This document shows, piece after piece, positions 9,984 through 18,824 of a stretch of DNA of 64,000 nt. The stretch is taken from assembly GCA_963706595.1 (NCBI GenBank), contig OY970166.1, positions 1,760,001 to 1,824,000 of the forward strand, in the 5' to 3' direction. The first letter of the stretch is position 1. The number at the start of each line of letters is the position of its first letter. Origin of the DNA: an uncultured cyanobacterium. Lineage in GTDB: Bacteria; Cyanobacteriota; Cyanobacteriia; Cyanobacteriales; Nostocaceae. Both the position numbers and the translations under genes were made by a program. The notes under the pieces are model-generated. The model searched no databases, had not been told where the DNA came from, and was given only the letters and a program-made list of their open reading frames with translations.

Positions 9984-11174
9984 ATGAAGATATTGGTGCT
10001 GAGTTGGGAGTTTCCGCCGAGGTTAGTTGGGGGAATTTCCCGTCATGTAGCGGAGTTATATCCGGAACTGGTGAAGCTAGGACATGAAATTCATCTGATT
10101 ACCTCAGAATTTGGTCAGGCTTCGATGTATGAGGTAGTTGAAGGCATAAAAGTGCATCGAGTCCCAGTGTCCCATAGTAACGACTTTTTTCACTGGATAG
10201 TCAATCTGAACCAGAGTATGGGAGATCATGCGGGGAAGTTGATTCTGGAGGAAGGCCCCTTTGATTTAATTCATGCTCATGATTGGTTAGTAGGAGATGC
10301 AGCGATCGCCTTAAAGCATAACTTTAAAATCCCCCTGATTGCTACCATCCACGCCACTGAACACGGGCGACACAACGGAATTCACACGGAAATTCAACGG
10401 TATATTCATCATAAAGAATATTTGCTCGCCTATAATGCCTGGCGAATTATCGTTTGTACAAACTATATGCGGCGAGAGATAGAACAAACGCTATACAGTC
10501 CTGGTAACAAAATCGATATTATCTATAACGGTATTCGACCAGAAAAGAAACAGCACGACGAAGGCTTTCATGCTCAAGAATTTCGCCGCCAATTTGCCGC
10601 AGACCATGAAAAAATTGTTTATTATGTTGGTCGCATGACTTATGAGAAAGGCGTATCTGTATTACTTAATGCTGCGCCTCAAGTGCTGAACTCAATGGCA
10701 GGTCATGTAAAATTTGTAATTATTGGTGGTGGAAATACTGACCAACTCCAGCATCAAGCTTGGGCTTTGGGAATTTGGCATAAGTGTTACTTTACCGGAT
10801 TTCTCTCGGATACATACTTAGATAAATTCCAAACCATTGCTGACTGTGCTGTATTCCCCAGTCTTTACGAACCCTTTGGGATTGTGGCTTTAGAAAGTTT
10901 TGCCTCTCGCGTTCCAGTTGTAGTTTCTGATACAGGCGGATTTCCCGAAGTAGTGCAGCATACTAAAACAGGCATTGTCACCCAGGTAAATAATCCTCAT
11001 TCTCTCGCTTGGGGAATTTTAGAAGTTTTGCAACATCCTGGTTATCGACAATGGTTGATTGATAATGCTTACAAAGATTTAGCGCAACGCTTTAATTGGA
11101 CAAAATTAGCCCAGCAAACAGAAACAGTTTATCAGCGAGTCGTGCAAGAGCGATCGCAAACTGTCTGGGATTAA
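9984..11174 (+). CDS. Glycosyltransferase family 4
   Basis: WEFPP...GG, HAHDW and PSLYEPFGIVALE motifs. Confidence 0.93.
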   Translation: MKILVLSWEFPPRLVGGISRHVAELYPELVKLGHEIHLITSEFGQASMYEVVEGIKVHRVPVSHSNDFFHWIVNLNQSMGDHAGKLILEEGPFDLIHAHDWLVGDAAIALKHNFKIPLIATIHATEHGRHNGIHTEIQRYIHHKEYLLAYNAWRIIVCTNYMRREIEQTLYSPGNKIDIIYNGIRPEKKQHDEGFHAQEFRRQFAADHEKIVYYVGRMTYEKGVSVLLNAAPQVLNSMAGHVKFVIIGGGNTDQLQHQAWALGIWHKCYFTGFLSDTYLDKFQTIADCAVFPSLYEPFGIVALESFASRVPVVVSDTGGFPEVVQHTKTGIVTQVNNPHSLAWGILEVLQHPGYRQWLIDNAYKDLAQRFNWTKLAQQTETVYQRVVQERSQTVWD

Positions 11175-11336
11175 AACTGACAACAGATGCGGAGATTTTA
11201 GTCACATAGTCCAGAGAATTAAAGTTTACTCTAGATTATTTAGCGTTAAAAAACAGTACAATCCCTATACGCTGGAAATTTCACCCTTTCTGGTGCGAGA
11301 GTTAGCAATAATTGTGGTTTGCACCAGCAGCTTAGT

Positions 11337-12371
11337 ATGACAAAGGTATTCCCAAGCATAGCAAAGTGGTTAAAGAATCTAGGAACCTTATGGAAAAAGA
11401 TGGGAGCCTCGATCATATCCCGTCTCACAGCATTCCTGAAACCCGACTTCCAAGAAGACAAAACTGTAGATTTACGTCCCCCCTTACCTAGCCCCTTAGC
11501 CGGGCCAGTGCATCTTTTAGGTGGGGGCGGACCCGATGTAGAGGAAGCTATTCAATGGATGATTAATCAAGTTAGGGGATCTACCAACTACTCGACCAAA
11601 ATTAATGTTGTCGTCATCCGCACTTATGGTAGTGATGATTACAATCGGTTAATTTATGATATGCAGGGAGTGAACTATGTAGAAACTCTAGTCATTAGTA
11701 ATCGCCAAGATGCCAACAGACCTGAGATTCTGGAGAAAGTCAAAAATGCTGGCGTGATTTTCTTTGCTGGTGGGGATCAATGTGAATACATCCGTAGCTG
11801 GAAAAACACCAAGTTAGAAACTGCCATTGAATCAGTTTATGCCAAAGGCGGTGGCATTGGCGGCACCAGTGCCGGTGCAATGATTCAAAGTGATTACGTC
11901 TACGATGCTTGTGCTTCTTCCGAAGAAGGTATTGAAACCAGAGAAGCCCTCGAAGATCCTTACCGAGACATTACCTTCACTTATAACTTTTTCCCTTGGA
12001 GTCATTTGAGGGGAACCATCATCGATACCCATTTTGACAGACGCAAAAGAATGGGTCGAATTATGGCTTTTATTGCCCGTCAAATTCAAGATGGCGTATC
12101 AAAAACTGCTTTAGGGATAGCCATTAGCGAAGAAACATCCCTTGTTGTCGATAAATACGGGATGGCGAAAGTCATGGGAAGAGGTGCAGCATATTTTGTC
12201 TTAGGAGACCATGCACCAGAAGAATGCAAACCCCAAACTCCGCTGACATTTTCCGACTACAAAATTTGGCGAGTTCCCCGTGGCGATACCTTCAACTTAA
12301 GGGATCTACCCACCAGAGGTTATTATCTCCGCAGTGTCAAACGTGGGCGATTTGATTCAGACCCCTATTAA
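11337..12371 (+). CDS. Cyanophycinase-like peptidase (family S51)
   Basis: FFAGGDQ, GGTSAGA nucleophile and DTHF; ATG at 11337. Confidence 0.85.
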   Translation: MTKVFPSIAKWLKNLGTLWKKMGASIISRLTAFLKPDFQEDKTVDLRPPLPSPLAGPVHLLGGGGPDVEEAIQWMINQVRGSTNYSTKINVVVIRTYGSDDYNRLIYDMQGVNYVETLVISNRQDANRPEILEKVKNAGVIFFAGGDQCEYIRSWKNTKLETAIESVYAKGGGIGGTSAGAMIQSDYVYDACASSEEGIETREALEDPYRDITFTYNFFPWSHLRGTIIDTHFDRRKRMGRIMAFIARQIQDGVSKTALGIAISEETSLVVDKYGMAKVMGRGAAYFVLGDHAPEECKPQTPLTFSDYKIWRVPRGDTFNLRDLPTRGYYLRSVKRGRFDSDPY

Positions 12372-12373
12372 AT

Positions 12374-12415
12374 CAGTCAACAGTTAACAGTTAACAGTTA
12401 ACAGTTAACAGTTAT
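12374..12415. repeat. STRR heptamer array (CAGTTAA) x6
   Basis: Six tandem units, first and last with one mismatch. Confidence 0.9.
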
Positions 12416-12536
12416 CACGCCGATTTAGTCGGAAATTGTGACCCAAAGTTGTCTCCTCACTGATAACTAGGGCTGGCAAAATATTATCTACACTCTTGTG
12501 GTGCGGGCATCTTGCCCGCTTTTCAATTAACTCAGG

Positions 12537-12699
12537 CTACAATGTATACAATAATGATAAATTACTCCAGACCCTATTTTGTAGGGTGTGTTGTCGCGTA
12601 GCGCAACGCACCATCCTAAATTTTCGGTGCGTTAGGACTAACGTCCATAACGCACCCTACCCAAATCAAGGTTGTTAAACTTGTGTGTGTATACGCTAG
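12537..12699. mobile_element. Decayed MITE with ...ACACAAGT-type ends carrying a GTAG palindrome
   Basis: Right end ACTTGTGTGTGTATACGCTAG resembles the ends of 14618-14764. Internal GGTGTGTTGTCGCGTAGCGCAACGCACCATC recurs at about 63235-63265. Confidence 0.55.
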
Positions 12700-12725
12700 G
12701 GCGTGTTTTCAAAGTCTATCTGACT

Positions 12726-13892
12726 TTATGCTCTGGCTGTAATAGACTGTAAACTTTGAACAGTAGAAATTACCTGCTGTGCTACTGTGTCTATTTCTTC
12801 AGCAGTATTAAACCGCCCAATTCCAAACCTTACCGCAGCATAAGCTAATTTTTCCGAGTGTCCCAAAGCAGTCAGCACATGGGAAGGTGCTGTGGTGGTT
12901 GAAGAACAAGCAGAACCAGAAGAAACCGCCATTACTGGCTGTAAACCTAACAATAAAGCAGCCCCATCTACACCCTCAACACTGATATTTAAATTTCCCG
13001 CTAGTCGCTGGGTAGGATGTCCATTCAGGTGAACCCCTGACAACTGCGAAAGTTGTTCCCATAATCTTTGTCTAAGTTCAGTCAGGCGTTGATTTTCGGT
13101 TTCTTGCACTGCTAAAGCGATTTCTACAGCTTTCCCGAAACCGACAATTTGGGGCGTGTATAAAGTCCCAGAACGCATTCCTCGTTCATGTCCACCGCCA
13201 TGCTGTTGGGGTGCAATTTGGACTCTGGGATTACGTCTACGCACGTATAAAGCCCCGATACCCTTGGGACCGTATACTTTATGTGCAGTCAGCGACATCA
13301 AGTCAACTTTCATCGTCTGCATATCTAAGGGAATTTTACCAATAGCTTGGGCTGCATCTGTATGAAAAATTATATTGTTTTCTCGGCACATTTCCCCAAT
13401 TTCTATCAACGGTTGCAATACACCAATTTCATTATTTGCAGCCATCACCGAAACCAAAATTGTTTCCGAACGAAAAGCTTTTTTTAATTCATTTAAATCA
13501 ATTAACCCATCTGGCTGAACTGGGAGAATAGTAATCTCAAAACCCAGAGATTTTAAATAAGTACAAGGGTCAAGAACTGCACTATGTTCTGTCGCTACAG
13601 TAATAATATGCTGACCTTTAGAAAAATAAGCTTCAGCTACACCTTTAATAGCTAAATTATTCGCTTCTGTTGCACCACTTGTAAAGACAATTTCTTCAGG
13701 TGTCGCATTAATAGCTGCGGCTAAAATTTCTCGTGATTTTTTAACAGCCGCTTCTGCTTCCCAACCGTAAACATGACCAATACTAGAAGGATTTCCAAAG
13801 TGTTCTGTAAAATAGGGAATCATTGCTGCTAATACCTGTTCATCTACAGGTGTAGTAGCGTGACAATCGAGATATATAGGACGAATAGACAT
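12726..13892 (-). CDS. iscS: Cysteine desulfurase, IscS/NifS type
   Basis: YLDCHATTP, HTDAAQ, TAHKVYGPKG (PLP Lys) and SSGSACSS (catalytic Cys). Confidence 0.93.
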   Translation of the reverse strand: MSIRPIYLDCHATTPVDEQVLAAMIPYFTEHFGNPSSIGHVYGWEAEAAVKKSREILAAAINATPEEIVFTSGATEANNLAIKGVAEAYFSKGQHIITVATEHSAVLDPCTYLKSLGFEITILPVQPDGLIDLNELKKAFRSETILVSVMAANNEIGVLQPLIEIGEMCRENNIIFHTDAAQAIGKIPLDMQTMKVDLMSLTAHKVYGPKGIGALYVRRRNPRVQIAPQQHGGGHERGMRSGTLYTPQIVGFGKAVEIALAVQETENQRLTELRQRLWEQLSQLSGVHLNGHPTQRLAGNLNISVEGVDGAALLLGLQPVMAVSSGSACSSTTTAPSHVLTALGHSEKLAYAAVRFGIGRFNTAEEIDTVAQQVISTVQSLQSITARA

Positions 13893-13895
13893 AAC

Positions 13896-14522
13896 TTAAC
13901 TCAAAATTTGACTGAGGTGTTTTAAAATACTGAGGACTCTGTATAATTCATTTTCTCGCCTAGACAAAGTAAATTTATCTGACAAAGCATACTCAGATTT
14001 ATCCTGTTTGATTAATTTGATAAATTGAAAATCTTCTCCACTAGTTACACATCCAAACACAGCTTTTTCTGGATGAGGATTAGCTAACATATAACTTAGC
14101 GCTTGAGGTATAGCTTCTAAAAGAGAAAAACTAGAACGCTTAGATTCAATAACTAATAACCAGAATTGTTCTTGAATTACCAAAACATCAATTCTACCTC
14201 GAATAACTTCTCCTTTATCCTCCGCCGAAATTTCAATTGATTGTTCACTCCTCATAAAAAAAGGTTCGTCATAAAAACCAGCCAGATTTAGCAAAGGTGA
14301 TAAAACAACTAATTTTACTGTTTCTTCGGATAAAGGAGGATATTTTGCTAAACGCAGAAAATGAGATTTGATTTTGTCTAACTGTTGTTTTTCTAAATCT
14401 GTAATTCCTGGTAAATTCTCCCACCATTCTGGAAAAAAGTCCTCATTTTTAGCCTGTTGTAGACCAAACTTTTCTTCTAAATAGGCAATACCAACATTTT
14501 GCTCTTGAATAAATTGAACCAT
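13896..14522 (-). CDS. Stand-alone HsdR-N-like PD-(D/E)xK nuclease-fold protein
   Basis: SEETVK, GRIDVLV...VIESK, QALSYM; ATG at 14522 (MVQFIQ). Confidence 0.8.
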   Translation of the reverse strand: MVQFIQEQNVGIAYLEEKFGLQQAKNEDFFPEWWENLPGITDLEKQQLDKIKSHFLRLAKYPPLSEETVKLVVLSPLLNLAGFYDEPFFMRSEQSIEISAEDKGEVIRGRIDVLVIQEQFWLLVIESKRSSFSLLEAIPQALSYMLANPHPEKAVFGCVTSGEDFQFIKLIKQDKSEYALSDKFTLSRRENELYRVLSILKHLSQILS

Positions 14523-14568
14523 AGTTTTCTCACAGTATATAATTGGTTTGATTATAAAAAACAAACTA

Positions 14569-14826
14569 TAGCGGTATGCACTGGAATGAATTACATCATA
14601 GCCCCCTCCTCGCTTGCGCTACGGTGTACACACAAGTGATCTAATCCCCCTAAATCCCCCTTAAAAAGGGGGACTTTAAATAATTTTCCCCCCTTCTCAA
14701 GGGGGGTTAGGGGGGATCGAAACGCTGTTAGGCAAATTGATAAAACTTGTGTGTACACGGTAGCCTCGCTTGCGGGGAGGGGGTTGGGGGTGGGGTTCTT
14801 ATATCTCACTTAACTGATAACCCCTA
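14569..14826. mobile_element. MITE family B, second copy, inverted relative to 945-1502
   Basis: TAGCGGTA...TAACCCCTA flanked by TA; backbone matches the first copy. Confidence 0.8.
14618..14764. mobile_element. MITE with IS50/Tn5-like ends, nested in B
   Basis: GCTACGGTGTACACACAAGT / ACTTGTGTGTACACGGTAGC (19/20 match); direct repeat CTCGCTTGC at 14609-14617 and 14765-14773. Confidence 0.85.
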
Positions 14827-15241
14827 TAAAATTTTGACCTAATTTCATTAAAATTTGCAAAATTTTATATAATTCATTTTCACGTCTATATAAAGTAAAC
14901 CTATCAGATAAGGCATATATTACGGCTTTATCTTGTTTAATTAATTTAATAAATTGGAAATCTTCCCCATTCATGATTAACGAATATACAGGATCATCAG
15001 AAGTAGTGCTTTTCTAATTGGGAAATTTCAGGTAAAGAGTCAAACCATTCTGTAAAAAATTGCTGACCTTCAGATTTTTCTAAAGCAAAATTTTCTTTTA
15101 AGTTAGGACTTATGCAAAAACTCTCTCAAACCCTTATTCCTCTGTGTTCTCTGCGTCTGTGTGGTTCGTTATTCCGTAATTTGTGCGTAAGTCCTATAAG
15201 TAAGCGAGGGCGATATTTTGTGCTGGAATAACTTGAACCAT
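14827..15241 (-). pseudogene. Decayed paralog of the HsdR-N-like gene
   Basis: MVQVIPAQNIALAYL-[MITE]-KENFALEKSEGQQFFTEWFDSLPEISQLEK, large internal deletion, then NGEDFQFIKLIKQDK...YALSDRFTLYRRENELYKILQIL; aligns with both ends of 13896-14522. Confidence 0.88.
15104..15196. mobile_element. 93-bp family-A MITE interrupting the pseudogene
   Basis: TAGGACTTATGCA...TGCGTAAGTCCTA with TAAGT duplicated at 15099-15103 and 15197-15201; removal restores the reading frame. Confidence 0.9.
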
Positions 15242-15298
15242 GTTTATTGCAACTGGCGAAAAGTGTTATACCCTACTTCAATCATAACGCTGTTAGGC

Positions 15299-15790
15299 TC
15301 ACTGGGGATTTGAAGTGGCTGCTAATTCCTGTAATTTGTTTAATACGGCTTGTGCATGACCTTTGGTTTTGACATTCGGCCAAGTATAAGCAATTATCCC
15401 ATCAGGTGAGATCAGAAATGTTGACCGGGCTACACCCATATATTCTTTACCCATGAATTTTTTTAAGCGCCATGCACCATAGGCTTCTATGAGATGATGT
15501 TCAGGGTCACTTAACAGGGTGATGGATAAGTTATGTTTGTCTATAAATTTACAATGAGCTTTTTGTGCATCTGGACTCACACCTAATATTTTTGCTCCCA
15601 AGGTGCTGAAGTCTGGAGTCAAGTCTGTAAAGTCTTTAGCTTCGGTGGTACAGCCTGGGGTGTCATCTTTGGGGTAAAAGTACAGTACAACCCACTGACT
15701 GCTAAAATCACTGAGGCTGACAGGCTGATTATTTTGGTCAGGTGTGGGGAAATTGGGCGCAGGTTGTCCAGTTTGGGGAATGTTATTCAT
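15299..15790 (-). CDS. bcp: Peroxiredoxin Q / BCP
   Basis: LYFYPKDDTPGCTTEA motif. Confidence 0.93.
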   Translation of the reverse strand: MNNIPQTGQPAPNFPTPDQNNQPVSLSDFSSQWVVLYFYPKDDTPGCTTEAKDFTDLTPDFSTLGAKILGVSPDAQKAHCKFIDKHNLSITLLSDPEHHLIEAYGAWRLKKFMGKEYMGVARSTFLISPDGIIAYTWPNVKTKGHAQAVLNKLQELAATSNPQ

Positions 15791-16058
15791 GATTGGTGTT
15801 AGATGGGGATGGCATCAAAATTTTACCTGCATTAGGCGACCATGAATTTTTTATCACGCAGAGGCGCAGAGTCGCAGAGAGGAAGAGTTAAAGAGATGTA
15901 ATTTTGGCATTTTATCTTCAAATTCAGCAATGCCCACTTTTTTATCTCATGTCACACTATTTATATCTTGCTTTGCGCCTAACGTACTTCGTACTTTGAT
16001 GCGCCTTTGCGCCTTTGCGTGAACCTTTCATCCAAATTTAAACCTCGCCGTGATTAAA

Positions 16059-17396
16059 ATGTCATCTGAATTTAACTTTTTCCAACAGTGGTATCCTCTC
16101 TCACCTGTAGAAGATATCGACCCCACACAACCAACTCCTGTTACTCTTTTAGGAATTCGTTTAGTTATCTGGAAACCTAAGTCATCTGAGACTTATCAGG
16201 TATTTTTAGATCAATGTCCCCACCGTCTCGCCCCTTTGAGTGAAGGACGTGTTGACGAGAAAACTGGTAATTTAATGTGTAGTTATCATGGTTGGCAATT
16301 TGATTCTCAAGGGATTTGTACTCACATTCCCCAAGCAGAGAAGCCAGAAATGGTTGCTAAAAATCCAGAAAAATTCTGTGTAATTTCTCTACCAGTTCGC
16401 CAAGCTAATGATTTACTTTGGGTTTGGCCTGATGCTAAATCAGCAGAAGCAGCAGCCAATACACCGTTACCACTTTCACCTCAAGTAGATGCTGATCAGG
16501 GATATGTTTGGTCTTCTTTTGTCCGCGATTTGGAATATGACTGGCAAACTTTAATTGAAAATGTAGCAGATCCTAGTCACGTACCTTTTACCCATCACGG
16601 GGTACAGGGTAAGAGAGAATATGCTACACCCATACTTATGGAGGTTGTAGAATCAACTTCTAAGTTAATTGAAGTGGTGATTGATAGACGCTTGAAAACT
16701 ACCATCACTTTTGAACCTCCTTGTCGGTTAGAGTATGCTATCAGCCTTGGTGATTCTGGAGAGAAGAAAATTGGACTGGTGACTTACTGTATTCCTGTGT
16801 CTCCTGGTAAGTCCAGAATTGTCGCCCAATTTAGCCGCAACTTTGCTAAAAAACTGCATCGGTTGACACCCCGGTGGTGGACTCATATCAATACCCGTAA
16901 TCTGGTGCTGGATGGCGATATGATTGTTTTACATCAGCAAGAAAAATATCTGCAACAAAGACAAGCAGTTGAAAGCTGGAAAACTATCTACAAGTTACCA
17001 ACAGGTGCAGATCGTTTGGTAATTGAGTTTCGGAATTGGTTTGATAAGTATTGTTTTGGTCAGCTACCGTGGAGAGAAGTGGGAATTACTGTTCCACCCA
17101 GTCCGCAAATTAATGATAACCGTTCTGTGTTGCTGGATCGTTATTCACAACATACCCAGCATTGTAGTAGTTGTCGTAATGCGTTAAAGGTGATACAGCG
17201 CTTACAACTGGGACTTTTAATATACAGCATGATTGTAATTGCTGCTGTGGCTTTACTTCCTGATGCACTCAGAATTAAGTTGGGTTTACCTTTGGTAATT
17301 ACGGCTGGTTTAAGTATGGCTGCTTATTCTTGGCTGAAATTCCGGCTAATTCCTAAGTTCTACTTTGTAGACTATATCCATTCTGAAAAAGTTTAG
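16059..17396 (+). CDS. Rieske [2Fe-2S] oxygenase, pheophorbide a oxygenase (PaO) family
   Basis: CPHR...CSYHGW, ENVADPSHVPFTHH, HTQHCSSC and two C-terminal hydrophobic helices. Confidence 0.9.
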   Translation: MSSEFNFFQQWYPLSPVEDIDPTQPTPVTLLGIRLVIWKPKSSETYQVFLDQCPHRLAPLSEGRVDEKTGNLMCSYHGWQFDSQGICTHIPQAEKPEMVAKNPEKFCVISLPVRQANDLLWVWPDAKSAEAAANTPLPLSPQVDADQGYVWSSFVRDLEYDWQTLIENVADPSHVPFTHHGVQGKREYATPILMEVVESTSKLIEVVIDRRLKTTITFEPPCRLEYAISLGDSGEKKIGLVTYCIPVSPGKSRIVAQFSRNFAKKLHRLTPRWWTHINTRNLVLDGDMIVLHQQEKYLQQRQAVESWKTIYKLPTGADRLVIEFRNWFDKYCFGQLPWREVGITVPPSPQINDNRSVLLDRYSQHTQHCSSCRNALKVIQRLQLGLLIYSMIVIAAVALLPDALRIKLGLPLVITAGLSMAAYSWLKFRLIPKFYFVDYIHSEKV

Positions 17397-17507
17397 CTAC
17401 ATTCTACCCTCAGAATAGAATTCTGGGGCTATACAGACAAAGCCCACCTACGTGGGCTAATTAATAAAGAAATGGTATCAGGAATTACGAATTACGAATT
17501 AAAAAAT

Positions 17508-18341
17508 ATGCGACGTGATTTTACTAACCGCGATGATTTAATAGCCTACCTGCGGGAACAATTCCCCAATGCGGTAGAACGTGATGATCATATTAGTGAA
17601 ACTGTGGGAGGACGTAAAGCGGCTGAGAAAACCCTGCAAAAAGTTAATCCTGTGGATTACGCAAAAACACGCAACTCTTTAACTGGTGCTGTAACCAGAC
17701 TTTCGCCTTATATTCGTTATGGGGTTTTAAGCTTGCGGGAAGTTCGGGATAATGTGCTGGAAAAAGTACCAGATCCCAGCGATGCTAGTAAATTGATTAA
17801 TGAATTGGGCTGGCGTGACTATTGGCAGAGATTATATGTCAAACTAGGCGATCGCATCTGGGAAGATCAAGAAGAATACAAAACTGGGTACACCCCAACA
17901 GATTACGCTGAACAACTACCAGCAGATATCACCGCAGGGACTACCGGAATGGTTTGTATTGATAGCTTTAGCCATGAATTACGGTCAACTGGCTACTTAC
18001 ACAACCATATCAGGATGTGGTTAGCCGCTTACATTGTCCATTGGCGGCGTATTCGTTGGCAAGCCGGAGCCAAATGGTTTCTAGAACACCTGCTAGATGG
18101 CGACCCAGCCAGTAATAATATGTCATGGCAGTGGGTCGCCAGCACTTTTAGCCATAAACCTTATTTTTTCAATCGTGAGAACCTAGAACGCTATACCAAA
18201 GGAGTTTATTGTCGCCAATGTCCCCTTTACGGCCATTGTGGTTTTGAAGGTAGCTATGAAGAATTAGAACAACGACTATTTCCCCAAGGTGAATTTAGCA
18301 AAAAACCCAATAGTCAAAGTTGGCAACGAGGTAAAAAATGA
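17508..18341 (+). CDS. Short photolyase-like protein, FAD-binding domain only
   Basis: TRLSPYIRYG, ELGWRDYW, GYLHNHIRMW and LLDGDPASNNMSWQW; no N-terminal antenna domain. Confidence 0.88.
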   Translation: MRRDFTNRDDLIAYLREQFPNAVERDDHISETVGGRKAAEKTLQKVNPVDYAKTRNSLTGAVTRLSPYIRYGVLSLREVRDNVLEKVPDPSDASKLINELGWRDYWQRLYVKLGDRIWEDQEEYKTGYTPTDYAEQLPADITAGTTGMVCIDSFSHELRSTGYLHNHIRMWLAAYIVHWRRIRWQAGAKWFLEHLLDGDPASNNMSWQWVASTFSHKPYFFNRENLERYTKGVYCRQCPLYGHCGFEGSYEELEQRLFPQGEFSKKPNSQSWQRGKK

Positions 18342-18760
18342 ATAAACCTAAACCAATAGTTTGGGTACATGGAGACTCCCTGAGTCCCTACAACCCCGCT
18401 TTACAAGAATACCCCCAAGCCCCAGCCATCTGGGTATGGGATGAGGAATTAATTACAGAATGGCAACTGAGCCTAAAACGGATTACATTTATTTATGAAT
18501 GCTTATTAGAATTACCCGTGATCATTCGTCGTGGTAATGTGGCACAAGAAGTTTTAGCATTTGCCCAAGAACATCATGCCGATTCAGTCGTAACAACCAC
18601 CAGCCCCAGTCCCAGATTTAAACATATTGGCGACGAAATAAAAAAAACCTTAACCCTAGAAACCTGGGAAACAGAACCATTCCTTGAATACCAAGGCCAC
18701 ATAGACCTCAAAAGATTCTCCCGCTATTGGAAAATAGCCGAAAAACACCTCCTCCCCTAA
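18338..18760 (+). CDS. Photolyase alpha/beta (antenna-like) domain as a separate protein
   Basis: IVWVHGDSLSPYNPAL...RITFIYECLLEL resembles a photolyase N-terminus; ATGA overlap with the upstream gene. Confidence 0.75.
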   Translation: MNKPKPIVWVHGDSLSPYNPALQEYPQAPAIWVWDEELITEWQLSLKRITFIYECLLELPVIIRRGNVAQEVLAFAQEHHADSVVTTTSPSPRFKHIGDEIKKTLTLETWETEPFLEYQGHIDLKRFSRYWKIAEKHLLP

Positions 18761-18824
18761 CTCCCCCCTCCGCGTACCTTTGCGCTAACCTCCGCGCCCC
18801 TTTGCGTTTAAATCTTACCCCCAA

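Noticed and set aside
14591..14809. 72-aa ORF
   Set aside because: Lies wholly within nested MITEs.
11160..17840. HIP1-poor stretch as a foreign island
   Set aside because: Contains ordinary cyanobacterial genes (iscS, bcp, PaO-like); the gap alone is insufficient.
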